From Escherichia coli (GTDB taxonomy: Bacteria; Pseudomonadota; Gammaproteobacteria; Enterobacterales; Enterobacteriaceae), in NCBI RefSeq assembly GCF_003991155.1, contig NZ_CP031294.1: a stretch of 64,000 nt of DNA; one strand, given 5' to 3'. The first letter of the stretch is position 1. The number at the start of each line of letters is the position of its first letter. Under the pieces are notes generated by a model that was not told where the DNA came from, did not search any database, and saw nothing but the letters and a program-made list of their open reading frames with translations. Position numbers and translations under genes: made by a program. Shown in pieces: positions 47,705-57,536 of the stretch.

Positions 47705-48401
47705 AATGGATCACTCCGTTGGCAAAATAATTCCGACGCGCATTACAGGCGTCATAACGTTTTGTGCAGTAATCAGCACCAGACATAGACGTCTGCTGGT
47801 TATTTTTGTCGAAATATGGACCGGTATAGCCGCATTCTGGCCCTCGGTATTTCCACGGGCAGGTGTTTTTAATGATCTGACGATACGGCAGTTGCACCCC
47901 CATCAAATCGAACACACTGGACAATTCAAACTCGACAACCTGATGAGTTTCGAGAGTTTTCTGTTCGATAAACCACATTTCATCCGGGAAATGTTGGTTT
48001 GGATCTGCTGTTGGGTTGCCGTCTTTAAAATTAACGGCATCGAGGAAGCGAGCCAGCGTCATCTTGCGAATAATGCGGCAGCCAACAAGATCGTCGTTCG
48101 CCTGAACTTCCGCAGAGACGGTTCCGGCAAAGTTCGATACCTGAATTTTTGGACGTGGCAACGTTCCCTGGCCAGTTTTGTCAAAGCCTGATGCTTTGAT
48201 TGGCCACGGCTCGTATGTCACTCCTTGCCAGACGACCGGTTGCATCAGTTCGTTTGTTCCGGCGTGGAAGAATAACTTCCCCCCTGAAGTTGTGTTCGAC
48301 ATATCCAGTACGAACAACTCAATGAGTGCAGAGGGAGATAAGCTCTGAATATCAGCTTTAATTCCCATTGTTTCATCCTTGAAATAAGTAGGCGCTAACA
48401 T
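47670..48401 (-). CDS. Minor tail protein (lambda gpL-like)
   Basis: Matches my recollection of lambda L (RFLDAVNF, CPWKYRGPECGYTGP with conserved Cys cluster); true start may be the internal Met at ~48368. Confidence 0.8.
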   Translation of the reverse strand: MLAPTYFKDETMGIKADIQSLSPSALIELFVLDMSNTTSGGKLFFHAGTNELMQPVVWQGVTYEPWPIKASGFDKTGQGTLPRPKIQVSNFAGTVSAEVQANDDLVGCRIIRKMTLARFLDAVNFKDGNPTADPNQHFPDEMWFIEQKTLETHQVVEFELSSVFDLMGVQLPYRQIIKNTCPWKYRGPECGYTGPYFDKNNQQTSMSGADYCTKRYDACNARRNYFANGVIHFGGFIGATRYG

Positions 48402-48450
48402 CCTGTCAGCGCCACAATGATAGTAAATTAGTACTTACTTATCCAGATAC

Positions 48451-48786
48451 TTAAGCCTCAAATACTTGTCTGAATGTAGCAGTTAAGACACAGTACCCCT
48501 GATATCGCTTGACCGTATGACTGTCACATACAACTACAATCCGTTTTCCTCTTGGATTAACCCAATAGAACGACTCAACGCCTGCTCGCTCAGTCAGGAA
48601 GTCATCGATTGCATTAATTTCGTTGTATGATCTGGTAAAGGTTAACGACCATTCTTCTTTAATACGATTAAGACCTTGAGCCTGTCGCTGCTCGTAGTCA
48701 TCACCAAAATTAAGTACCGTTACATTCGGTTTTACGCTTTTTTCAGATTCGTAATCTGGATACCAATTAAACGTTTGTCTTTCCAT
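48451..48786 (-). CDS. Minor tail protein (lambda gpM-like)
   Basis: 111 aa, located between the tape measure and L-like genes. Confidence 0.6.
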   Translation of the reverse strand: MERQTFNWYPDYESEKSVKPNVTVLNFGDDYEQRQAQGLNRIKEEWSLTFTRSYNEINAIDDFLTERAGVESFYWVNPRGKRIVVVCDSHTVKRYQGYCVLTATFRQVFEA

Positions 48787-48828
48787 CTCACATCCTTGTG
48801 AGACTGCCCCGGTCGGGGCAGTCGATAG

Positions 48829-51800
48829 TTAGTTACGTTGAGTGTTTGGGTTGAGTGATCCGCCAGGGCGTTTCTCTTGAGCGATAGTCTCAAGCGCGAT
48901 TGCTTTCATCCGTTGAGCGGCATTGTTCCATATGCTTTCTGTATCGCCGGATTCAGTTGTGCTACCGTCACTATGGACGTTGATCTCAATTGATACAGGA
49001 GAAAGAACATTTCCTCCTCCACTCATACCATCGGTACTGAGCGTTACAGGGATTGTTCGACCATCAGGCAATGGAACATACGCCTCATTCATATCGCCTT
49101 CCCCAAACAACGCCAATTGAGGTGAGTTGGCGATACCGCCTTTCTGGTATGCCCGGAGCGGGATCACGCCGTCTTTTCCGAATATGCCACCATTTGCAAA
49201 CTTCGGAATTGCAGGAATACCATTCGTGCCATCGGCAGCAGAACTGGTCAGATTGTTGAACCCGGAAGTTGAGCCAGAAGAACCGGACATCAATCCATCG
49301 AATCCACCACCAGCCCATACTGAAACCAAACCAGATGCAACTGTCGCGCCGAAATTCAACCACTTATTACCAGAGCCGGAAGCATTAGCTCCAAGCATTG
49401 CAAACGCGGCAGACAGAGCGCCGGTAACAGAGCTGAGGTTCTGCATCGAGAAGATGGAGTCCTTCACTGCTTTTGTCTCAGCATCTTTGGCTTCGGTGCT
49501 ATTAAATAGCCCTGATACCCAGCTACCAATCGCATTTGTTGCTGTGCCAATTGCGCTGGTGGTCTGCTGTGTCGTTTGCCCCAATCCAGTTACCGAACTG
49601 GACGTCTCCTTCGTGGCTTCTCCTACCGACTTGTCGCCATTAACAGTGTTGCTTATGCGCACACCTTGATTGGCAACTGCGGAAGCAACCCCGGTGAGCA
49701 AATTACCACTCTGTGAACTACCAGCTGCGGTGGTTCCCATCCCCAACATGTTCATTAGAGGCAGCGTGATCTGCGACTTCACGACCATATTGGTGATATC
49801 TTTCAAAATGGACTGAGATAGGCTGGAGAAGCTCATCTTCCCGTTAATAACGAAATCAGTCAGGACATCAGTTAAGCCACTAAACAAATCAGTCCAGGTG
49901 CTTTCGATCTGCTCTGCCAGATTTTCGTATTCCAGTGCCAACTTCTGCGTCGCAGTCCCCGTCTCTTTAATAAGCGCGGTATTGCCAGCAGCAATCAGTT
50001 GATTGATTTTCTTTGTATAAAGCGCCACAACTTTAGGATCAGACGCCTTATCACGAAGTTCTATCAACGCTTTGAGATTGCGGTTGTAGGTGTCTTCGAA
50101 ATCAGCAACTTTCTCTTCGCGAGACGGCGTATAGCCAGCACTAATAATGGAATCCGCCTCCGGTGCCCAAGTGGAGATCATCTGCTCAACATTGCGGCGA
50201 TTAAACATCTCACGATATTCAGGTGTCGCATTTTTGAGGTCTTCAAGACGTTTTTTCGCCTTGTCGATCATCTCTTGAGTGATGAACTCGTTAGGAACCG
50301 CATTAGCCAAATCTGTCAGCGATTTCGTTGTATCGCGAAGAGACTGATCAAACGATACCGTAGCCTTAGAGCTTTCACCCATTTGCCCCATAAGCTGATC
50401 GGCTTTGTCCAGAGCCTTCTGGTATCCGGCTGCCAGTTTCTGTTGCGCTGCCTGTTCCTTCTTGGCCGCACGCTGCGAGGCGTTAGCTGATCGTTGGGCT
50501 GCTTTCTCGGCAGCTGCTGCATCCTGTTCACGAGCTTTAGTAAGTGCGGCAATGGCTGCGGCACGCTCTTCATCGCTCATTTTCTCCAGAGAGCTGGCAC
50601 TGGATGCTTTCTGCAAATTAAGCTGCGTCTTGAGTTGTTTAGGCCCAATAATCGGCTTACCTTCGAAGTCCATCATCGGAGTGCCGTCAGGCAAAGTACG
50701 CTGATAAGTCGCAGAATCCATCTGGTTTCGCATATATTGCGCCAACGCCTTCTGAGCAGCTTTATCAGTTGTACCTAACCCAAGAACAGTCCCCTGGTTT
50801 GACATTACGCCCTTACCAGTTTTGGCCGCGTTATCTCTCTCGAACTCTGCCTGAGTAAGTTCCTGAGCAACGGCTTCCAAATGCTCCTGATAACCACGAA
50901 TACTGCCTTGCAGTTTCTGGATTTGCTCGGTATTGCCATCCTTTTTGGCTTTTTCAAGCTGATCATTAAGAGTCGCGATTTGCTTCTCGGTCGCATTCTT
51001 ACGAGAAGAAAGTGAATCAACCAGTTTTTGCGCAGGCTCCAGATAGCTTTTGTTTACCGTTTCACGTAACGGTGCCAATAGCTTGTTCTTTTCGTCATCT
51101 GAAAGTGAACCGTCATCATTGATTTTCTGGATCTTATCCAGAGCCTCCTGCCGGGCTTTCACGAATGTTGCCGCGAAAATCTGGTTTTCCGCTCGAATTT
51201 TCTCAATCTGAGATTCGGCAGCCTCTTTAGCCAAACGCTTTGCTACAGCGCCGTCACCAAGAGCTATCGTGCCGGTTATCTTTTGATACTCTTCCTGATT
51301 TTTTTTCAGGCGTGCTTCGATGTCAGCCTTCGACTCTTTGTGAGTAATAACACCGGCAGAGTTAGATACGTAATTAACACCCTCACCAGTTTTTAATGCT
51401 CGTTGATCAGCAAGAATCTGCTTTTCGAGCTTTTCTGCGCGGTCGGCCATTTGTGCACGTTTGGCCGCCGTCATCGCCTCTGGTATTTTCCTAATCTCGT
51501 CAACGACCTTTGAAGTTTCGCTGCGGAGCATGGTCATGTACGTGATTAGGCCAGCAACAGCTACAGTGGCAACTGTAAATGCTGCCCCTATAGGGTTTGC
51601 TGCAATGAACGCCGTTAATCCAGCAAAAGCGCCTTTAAGCCCCGTAATCGCCCCACGGATGGCGAAAATAAGAGAGGGGATCGGAGCCAGCCCCATACGT
51701 GCCGCACGATTGAATCGGGTTACTGCTGTAGCGCCGAGGTTAAATGGAGTCTGTATGGCGGTCGCCATCGTGGCAAAGGTGCTAACCATCTGGCTGCCTG

Positions 51801-53421
51801 CGCCAACTACCCCCATGATCCCTGCTCGCATCAGTTTGAACGCAACCATCGCGGCCACGACCTTACCGAGATTAATTACCAGCTCTTGGTTCTTTGCTAA
51901 CCATTGAGCAAGCTGACGCAACCCATCGATTGCCGTCGTTAACCCCGAGCCTAAAGAATTGGCAAACGAAATCCCTTCGGCGCTATTCATGATTGAAGCC
52001 AGTTCTTTCATCCCCTTCGATAGAGAATCCAGATATCCGGCCTGACCAACCCGATCAGCAAATAACGTGAATGACGTCTGAAGTTGCGCCAGCGCACCTG
52101 TGTAGGTTTGCATCATGTCTTTCGCTGCGTTCTCATTCTCCGCACGCAGACCAACAAACATCAGAGACAACGCCTGTTTTGCCTCAACCGTACCGCTGGC
52201 AACGGCTTTAGTCAGTTCCCCCATAGTGATGCCTGCGGCGTCTGCCATTGCCTGCATCGCGTTAGGAACGGCTTCACCTAATTGCTGACGTAGCTCTTCC
52301 ATTGACACAACGCCCTTACCGGACATCTGCTGAACGGCCACAGCCGCACGTTTCAACAGCTCACTATCACCACCAAAACGAGCAACGGAGTCCACCAGCG
52401 CCTTCAGAGAACCATCGGTTGGATCTAAGCCAGCAGAACGAAACTTCACGAAGGAATCTGTTAACGCCTGCATCGCGAACGGCGCATTTTGCGCCATGTC
52501 TACGATGTACTTCATATCATCAGCGGCAGCCTGGCCCGGGTTGGACTTCTCCTTATTCAACCCTCGAAGCATCACCCGCATACGTTCCATTTCGGCCGCA
52601 GCTTCAACAATAGGCTTCTGCCACCCAAACATGATGTCAGTAACCGTTCTGGCTGCATCTCCGATCTCGCCAAGCAGGAAAATGTTGCCACGAAGGCCAG
52701 AGAACATACCTCCTTCGTTACTTTTACCGCTATGGCCAGAAGCGCCGCTACGCCGCCCGCTACCACCATCGCCACTTCCAGATGTACGAACGCGTACCGG
52801 CTTGCTAATCAGTTGCTGACGTCCGATAACTTCGTCCATCTGCTCACGAACCTTTTTCAGTCCCTCGGCAGCCTGACTCGTTGTGACACCCCAATTACTG
52901 AGTCGCTTCGTCGTGGTATTAAGGCGCGTATTCATGCCACTCACGGACGCAGAGGCTTCTTTGGCCTCCGTACCAAAGCGGCTTGCGCTTTTGCTTGCAT
53001 AGGTCGCCCAATCAGAGAAATCATTTAGCTCTGATTGCACTTTACGTAATGACGCGGTGAGTTTATCTACTGAAGAAGTTGTCGTATCGACGCGCTCAAT
53101 CAGGGCTTTAAGACCAGAATTGAGGCTGGTGATGTTGCCACGCATTTTACGCGTAGCATCTGAAGCAAGCTCAAAACCGGCAGCTACATCCTGTAGTTTA
53201 TCTGCCGTAGAATCGAGCTTGCTTTCCAGAACGCCAATGATACGGGCGACCGAACCCAAAGAGCGTTCAAAGGTTTGGATTTTTTGAGCAGGCTTTGTTA
53301 CCTGCTCACCAAATCGAGTAAGCAGTTTCCCCGCACGATCGATTGACGCTGTAAACTGTTTGTCTTCCAGCGACAGGATAAACTCTACGTTTTGTGACAT
53401 TCCCTTGTCATCCTCTGCCAA
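48829..53421 (-). CDS. Tail tape measure protein
   Basis: 1530 aa, extended predicted coiled coil, hydrophobic Gly/Ala-rich internal segment, position after the G/T chaperone genes. Confidence 0.8.
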   Translation of the reverse strand: MAEDDKGMSQNVEFILSLEDKQFTASIDRAGKLLTRFGEQVTKPAQKIQTFERSLGSVARIIGVLESKLDSTADKLQDVAAGFELASDATRKMRGNITSLNSGLKALIERVDTTTSSVDKLTASLRKVQSELNDFSDWATYASKSASRFGTEAKEASASVSGMNTRLNTTTKRLSNWGVTTSQAAEGLKKVREQMDEVIGRQQLISKPVRVRTSGSGDGGSGRRSGASGHSGKSNEGGMFSGLRGNIFLLGEIGDAARTVTDIMFGWQKPIVEAAAEMERMRVMLRGLNKEKSNPGQAAADDMKYIVDMAQNAPFAMQALTDSFVKFRSAGLDPTDGSLKALVDSVARFGGDSELLKRAAVAVQQMSGKGVVSMEELRQQLGEAVPNAMQAMADAAGITMGELTKAVASGTVEAKQALSLMFVGLRAENENAAKDMMQTYTGALAQLQTSFTLFADRVGQAGYLDSLSKGMKELASIMNSAEGISFANSLGSGLTTAIDGLRQLAQWLAKNQELVINLGKVVAAMVAFKLMRAGIMGVVGAGSQMVSTFATMATAIQTPFNLGATAVTRFNRAARMGLAPIPSLIFAIRGAITGLKGAFAGLTAFIAANPIGAAFTVATVAVAGLITYMTMLRSETSKVVDEIRKIPEAMTAAKRAQMADRAEKLEKQILADQRALKTGEGVNYVSNSAGVITHKESKADIEARLKKNQEEYQKITGTIALGDGAVAKRLAKEAAESQIEKIRAENQIFAATFVKARQEALDKIQKINDDGSLSDDEKNKLLAPLRETVNKSYLEPAQKLVDSLSSRKNATEKQIATLNDQLEKAKKDGNTEQIQKLQGSIRGYQEHLEAVAQELTQAEFERDNAAKTGKGVMSNQGTVLGLGTTDKAAQKALAQYMRNQMDSATYQRTLPDGTPMMDFEGKPIIGPKQLKTQLNLQKASSASSLEKMSDEERAAAIAALTKAREQDAAAAEKAAQRSANASQRAAKKEQAAQQKLAAGYQKALDKADQLMGQMGESSKATVSFDQSLRDTTKSLTDLANAVPNEFITQEMIDKAKKRLEDLKNATPEYREMFNRRNVEQMISTWAPEADSIISAGYTPSREEKVADFEDTYNRNLKALIELRDKASDPKVVALYTKKINQLIAAGNTALIKETGTATQKLALEYENLAEQIESTWTDLFSGLTDVLTDFVINGKMSFSSLSQSILKDITNMVVKSQITLPLMNMLGMGTTAAGSSQSGNLLTGVASAVANQGVRISNTVNGDKSVGEATKETSSSVTGLGQTTQQTTSAIGTATNAIGSWVSGLFNSTEAKDAETKAVKDSIFSMQNLSSVTGALSAAFAMLGANASGSGNKWLNFGATVASGLVSVWAGGGFDGLMSGSSGSTSGFNNLTSSAADGTNGIPAIPKFANGGIFGKDGVIPLRAYQKGGIANSPQLALFGEGDMNEAYVPLPDGRTIPVTLSTDGMSGGGNVLSPVSIEINVHSDGSTTESGDTESIWNNAAQRMKAIALETIAQEKRPGGSLNPNTQRN

Positions 53422-53677
53422 ATATTTGCATCAGTTGCTCTTTGGCGTCAGGGTCTGCCTTATCCTGGCTTGGATCGTAGACTTTATCTGTTACGACTGG
53501 TCTTCCAATCCTGAGTTGCAAACCCTCCATGAACGCCTTCACAGCCTCGCCATCCGCCTGGGACGCACGAGCGACTTGTAAGTTGCGGACATCCTCTTCC
53601 GCACGCAGACGGTCTATATTGCGACTGAGCATCCAGAACATCGTGAGAGGAACGTTCAGTAGCTCTAATGGCGACAC
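53408..53677 (-). CDS. Tail assembly chaperone, T-like frame (probable -1 frameshift extension of G)
   Basis: Reading frame is -1 relative to the upstream G-like ORF and stays open back into its 3' end; overlaps the tape measure start. Confidence 0.4.
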   Translation of the reverse strand: MSPLELLNVPLTMFWMLSRNIDRLRAEEDVRNLQVARASQADGEAVKAFMEGLQLRIGRPVVTDKVYDPSQDKADPDAKEQLMQIFGRG

Positions 53678-53757
53678 GGCGTAGTGAGCAACTACACGAC
53701 TGAAATAGAATCCGAGATCTATTGAGACGGTCCTTGTCCCGGATTCATCGCGGGAAA

Positions 53758-54075
53758 TTACTTTGCCCCTTCGCCAGCCGCTTTTTCGTTTTCTTCATCA
53801 ATCACTTCCATAGCGAAGGTGAAGATCTGCTGGAGTTGCGGAACAGTCAGTTTTTCAAGAACTTCGTCAGGTACTGAAGGGATAACCTTACGAACCAGAT
53901 CTGCATAAGCTGTCACTTGCTCAACAGGAGACATGTTCATGAGATCTTTGCCTTCCATCTGCTTGATGGAAACGAACAGACCTACCGTCATTTCAACGAT
54001 GGGATATTCCTGACCGCCAAATTTGATGCTTTTCTTCGGAGGCAGAATGGAATCGAGATCGAGTAATTTGGTCAT
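53758..54075 (-). CDS. Tail assembly chaperone (lambda gpG-like)
   Basis: 105-aa acidic protein immediately downstream of the major tail gene and upstream of the T-like frame. Confidence 0.5.
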   Translation of the reverse strand: MTKLLDLDSILPPKKSIKFGGQEYPIVEMTVGLFVSIKQMEGKDLMNMSPVEQVTAYADLVRKVIPSVPDEVLEKLTVPQLQQIFTFAMEVIDEENEKAAGEGAK

Positions 54076-54130
54076 TGGTTAAAATCCTTTTAAAAGAGAG
54101 GCCCATCCTGAGCCTCTGCTTAATTACTGA

Positions 54131-54913
54131 TTAATCTGCGGGGTTAATCGTTACTGACTTAGTTGCCTTCTTACCACCGCTATTGCTGGTGAAGGAGATA
54201 TTTGTAGAACCCTGCGCCACACCACGTACCAGACCCGTTTGATCTACCGTGGCCTTTTCCTGGTCTTCGGATTCCCAAACACCGGTTTTGTCTGCGGCAT
54301 CAGCTGGAGTGATTTCGGCTGTCAGTTGCACAGTTTCTCCAGCTTTTACGGTTGGAGATTCCGGTGAGATCGACACAGTTTTTACCGGTTTAGGACCGCT
54401 CATTTTGCCCAGAACGCCTTCATCATCCGGGTATGCGCTGAACTGAACAGAGAACACACGAACATCATCAGACTGGTAGGTCATAGTGAAGTTGCCCGCG
54501 GTTGCCGCTTTCGGGATGGTCAACACATAGTCGGTGGTGTCCTGCGGAGTCAGAACCAGCTCCTTCGCCACATCAATCAGGTTAACGCCCTGTGCAGATG
54601 TGATCGTGACAGAGTTGTCATCTTCGCTCAGAGTAGAACCAGGCATCAGGTCAACCATGTTTTGGAGTACAGACTCAGCCAGAGGCGCGGTGATGGTAAT
54701 GTTGCGCCCCTGAACTAATTCGGAAATTACGGTCTGCCCCAACTGATCGACGGTGACTTTCAGCGTTTCAGTGGCTACTTCAACCTGAACACCACCTTTG
54801 GTGTAACCCAAATCCACACCACCAAACGACACCTTACAGGCACCAAGTTTGATGTTTTTTACATGGGTATTAGACATTGATGGAAAACTCCTTTTTCCGT
54901 TAATTCTACGCAT
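54131..54913 (-). CDS. Major tail tube protein with C-terminal Ig-like (Big_2-type) domain
   Basis: Position upstream of G/T; C-terminal segment VSISPESPTVKAGETVQLTAEITPADAADKTGVWESED resembles a bacterial Ig-like domain, as in lambda gpV. Confidence 0.65.
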   Translation of the reverse strand: MRRINGKRSFPSMSNTHVKNIKLGACKVSFGGVDLGYTKGGVQVEVATETLKVTVDQLGQTVISELVQGRNITITAPLAESVLQNMVDLMPGSTLSEDDNSVTITSAQGVNLIDVAKELVLTPQDTTDYVLTIPKAATAGNFTMTYQSDDVRVFSVQFSAYPDDEGVLGKMSGPKPVKTVSISPESPTVKAGETVQLTAEITPADAADKTGVWESEDQEKATVDQTGLVRGVAQGSTNISFTSNSGGKKATKSVTINPAD

Positions 54914-54951
54914 TCATTGCGCTAATAGTAAGTATATACTTACTAATTGAG

Positions 54952-55458
54952 TTAATTCAATAAATAGCCAGCAAATTCAACAGGAATGCCTGCTTCTATT
55001 AATGCCCCATCATTTTTGGGATAAATGATTGGCATCGCCATCGGTCGTACAAGTCGAAAATAAACACCACCAGATTCCGTTTCCTCTACTGGAAACATCT
55101 CAATGATTTTATGGGCTTTCTCAACCGTCGTAGTAATTGACGAACCACGCACAATGATTGTGAATGATTCGTGATAAAAGCCCTGTAGCTCATGATCGAT
55201 GCTGATGCCGGTATTTGGGTTAATAAGCAGGACGCCAGATTTCACATTGGCAGGCAAGTAGTGACAGAAAATGTCAGTCCCGACCGTGCCAATCTTTGCC
55301 TTCTGCATCAAACTTGCAAACGCTTCAATAAACACATTAACCTCTCGTAAATCCGGCTTTTCTGGCAGCCTCAAGAATCGCTTCTGAGAACTGCTTCTCG
55401 CTAATTTCCACCGCTCTTTCCAGAAAGTGTGGCCCAACACGGGGTTTAACACCGGCAA
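54952..55458 (-). CDS. Head-tail joining / tail terminator candidate
   Basis: Position only; real start is probably the internal Met (~55308), since the long ORF overlaps the upstream gene by ~120 nt. Confidence 0.35.
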   Translation of the reverse strand: MPVLNPVLGHTFWKERWKLARSSSQKRFLRLPEKPDLREVNVFIEAFASLMQKAKIGTVGTDIFCHYLPANVKSGVLLINPNTGISIDHELQGFYHESFTIIVRGSSITTTVEKAHKIIEMFPVEETESGGVYFRLVRPMAMPIIYPKNDGALIEAGIPVEFAGYLLN

Positions 55459-55810
55459 TTGGTGGGTTTGTCACGTTCTTCATTCGAGAAAGATAACCGA
55501 GTCGGTATTTACCCAGCTCCATGTACTTAGCATAGTCACCTACTTCTACGCCCGGATGCCCCTGACGTGGTTTTGCTCCAGACACAGAAAGCTCAATACG
55601 CAGCCCTGAATAACCTTCTTTAATCACCCTGGCAAAGATGGCTGTCTCCAGAGATCCGGTTTCCAGCGGGGCCATTGCACGGCTGAGACGCTCAACCAAA
55701 CGCGCCAGCTTTTCCATGTCCCGGATAAGATATCGCTTAAATGCTTTCTGGCTGTTGTTGAGTCGATTCCCCGCACGTTTGAACTGATGCGCATCGTATT
55801 TCAGACCCAT
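55337..55810 (-). CDS. Head-tail connector candidate
   Basis: 157-aa ORF within the head-tail joining block; position only. Confidence 0.35.
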   Translation of the reverse strand: MGLKYDAHQFKRAGNRLNNSQKAFKRYLIRDMEKLARLVERLSRAMAPLETGSLETAIFARVIKEGYSGLRIELSVSGAKPRQGHPGVEVGDYAKYMELGKYRLGYLSRMKNVTNPPIAGVKPRVGPHFLERAVEISEKQFSEAILEAARKAGFTRG

Positions 55811-56241
55811 ATATTCGCCCCTACTTCAAGATGCCCAGGTCTTCCTCGTAGCCCCCAGCGGCGATGAACACTGGACACCTTTAATTTTTGACCTTCAAGG
55901 ATCAGCACATCATCAAGTTGTACAGCCGCTTCTAAAGGGACAACTAACACAGCATCAAACAGCTCCAGACTCGCCTTACCACGACTACCAGAGCTATCAG
56001 CACGAACTGACGATTTCTCATTACTCTGTTCGAACTTAACCACGCCGACATTCGTCTTCCTGACGAATTGTAATTGCGCCTCGCCGTAAACGTTCTTTGC
56101 GCCAAAGCGGTAGATCGCAATTTCTGTTTGCCACGAAATATTCATGCTCTCTCTCTGTTGTTGTCGGTCGCTCTCATTACTGGCCAAAAACCCTTTCGAC
56201 CAAAAGTAAATAATGCGACTGGCGTTACGCACGGCGAACAA
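55801..56241 (-). CDS. Head completion / head-tail adaptor candidate
   Basis: 146-aa ORF, overlapping neighbours by a few nt; position only. Confidence 0.4.
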   Translation of the reverse strand: MFAVRNASRIIYFWSKGFLASNESDRQQQRESMNISWQTEIAIYRFGAKNVYGEAQLQFVRKTNVGVVKFEQSNEKSSVRADSSGSRGKASLELFDAVLVVPLEAAVQLDDVLILEGQKLKVSSVHRRWGLRGRPGHLEVGANIWV

Positions 56242-57058
56242 TCATACGGTTGTTGATGTAACTGACCAGCAAGCGCCAGGTACTGCGAGCCACATGAACG
56301 TTTGCAGCTTTACCGGTACGGTACATGTTGGTTGTTTCACCGATTGACTCTGACAAAATGCCATCCTCTCGTGCTGCGGCAACATCATTGCCATTTGCGA
56401 TCTCACACGCTTCGTTGACAACGGCAAGCATCAACGCTTCTTTGAAGTAGTCAGGGAACTCTTCAAACTTCTCCTGCGTCATCTTTTCCCAATCGACTAA
56501 ATCATGCCGGTACGCTCCATCTGCTCCCCACGGAATGTCATACACATTCAGCATATTTTGAGGGCGATCGTATCGGTCAAAGTCGATACGTAGAATTTTG
56601 CGGATTGAGAACGGTAAAGTTTTAATTCGTCTGGTAGCCTCAATGAGACGCTTGCGCATTAAGCCTTCACCATCCGACAGCAAAGTGTCCCCATTCAGCA
56701 TATCGATCGCCTGCATTTGAGCATCAGCGACAGTTGCAAACGACTGTTCTGGTATCGACAGTTCAAAACTATTCAGCAGAACATACATTTGCCGCTCTTC
56801 ATGCGTCAGACCCGATGCAACAGCCTTCACAATGACGTACCGCAGATCGCGTTCTTTCTCAGAGAGCTGGTTATATTCAGCCGACACGACAACCGGAATC
56901 GACATTTGACCGCTGGTAATTTCTAGCGGCTCGCCATCAACGAGAATAGCCCCGGTGCTGTCCTTTACTGTGTAGGTAGCAGATTCGATATCCAGCACGT
57001 TGAAGGCAAATGAAAGGGAAACAGCTTCACCGCTACGATACGAGTCGATCTGCGCCAT
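56225..57058 (-). CDS. Hypothetical structural protein
   Basis: 277-aa ORF in the head module. Confidence 0.4.
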   Translation of the reverse strand: MAQIDSYRSGEAVSLSFAFNVLDIESATYTVKDSTGAILVDGEPLEITSGQMSIPVVVSAEYNQLSEKERDLRYVIVKAVASGLTHEERQMYVLLNSFELSIPEQSFATVADAQMQAIDMLNGDTLLSDGEGLMRKRLIEATRRIKTLPFSIRKILRIDFDRYDRPQNMLNVYDIPWGADGAYRHDLVDWEKMTQEKFEEFPDYFKEALMLAVVNEACEIANGNDVAAAREDGILSESIGETTNMYRTGKAANVHVARSTWRLLVSYINNRMIVRRA

Positions 57059-57492
57059 TACTCACCGCCTTGTGCTTTCAGGATGCCTTCAATCATCTCG
57101 ACAATTCCTTTCGCTTTGACACCAACCTGATTACCAATCACACGTAGACCGGCAATGCCTTCATTGTCTGCAATTGACTCCAACTCTTCTCGTGTGAAAG
57201 TCTGGATCTGTTTGGCCGGTTCATCTGGTGTCCCACGTTTCATTGGCACAATGTCAGGTGCTGCTGGCTCGGTAATCAGGTCTGCGGTCAACTCGCCACG
57301 ATCACTGTATGCGGCAGACGGAGAAACATTTTTGCCCTCGACTGTTGATGCTCGCATTGAGGCACAAATCCTTTGCTGATCGATAAAAGGCAACTCCGCT
57401 ACGGACACCCCGTTCTCGAACTGAACGCCGCACAACATTCCCGAATAACCGGAAAATTGCGGTTCTAATAAAACAATTTTTGCTGGTTTCAT
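57058..57492 (-). CDS. Hypothetical structural protein
   Basis: 144-aa ORF sharing coordinate 57058 with the downstream gene. Confidence 0.4.
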   Translation of the reverse strand: MKPAKIVLLEPQFSGYSGMLCGVQFENGVSVAELPFIDQQRICASMRASTVEGKNVSPSAAYSDRGELTADLITEPAAPDIVPMKRGTPDEPAKQIQTFTREELESIADNEGIAGLRVIGNQVGVKAKGIVEMIEGILKAQGGE

Positions 57493-57536
57493 AACGCATT
57501 CTCTCTACATGGGCGGCTTTCGCCGCCCAATATTGA

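Noticed and set aside
49999-53028. Plus-strand ORFs inside the tape measure gene (49999-50490, 50405-50704, 51461-51907, 52489-53028 and others)
   Set aside because: Antisense to a 1530-aa gene with a continuous coiled-coil translation; compositional bias explains the open frames.
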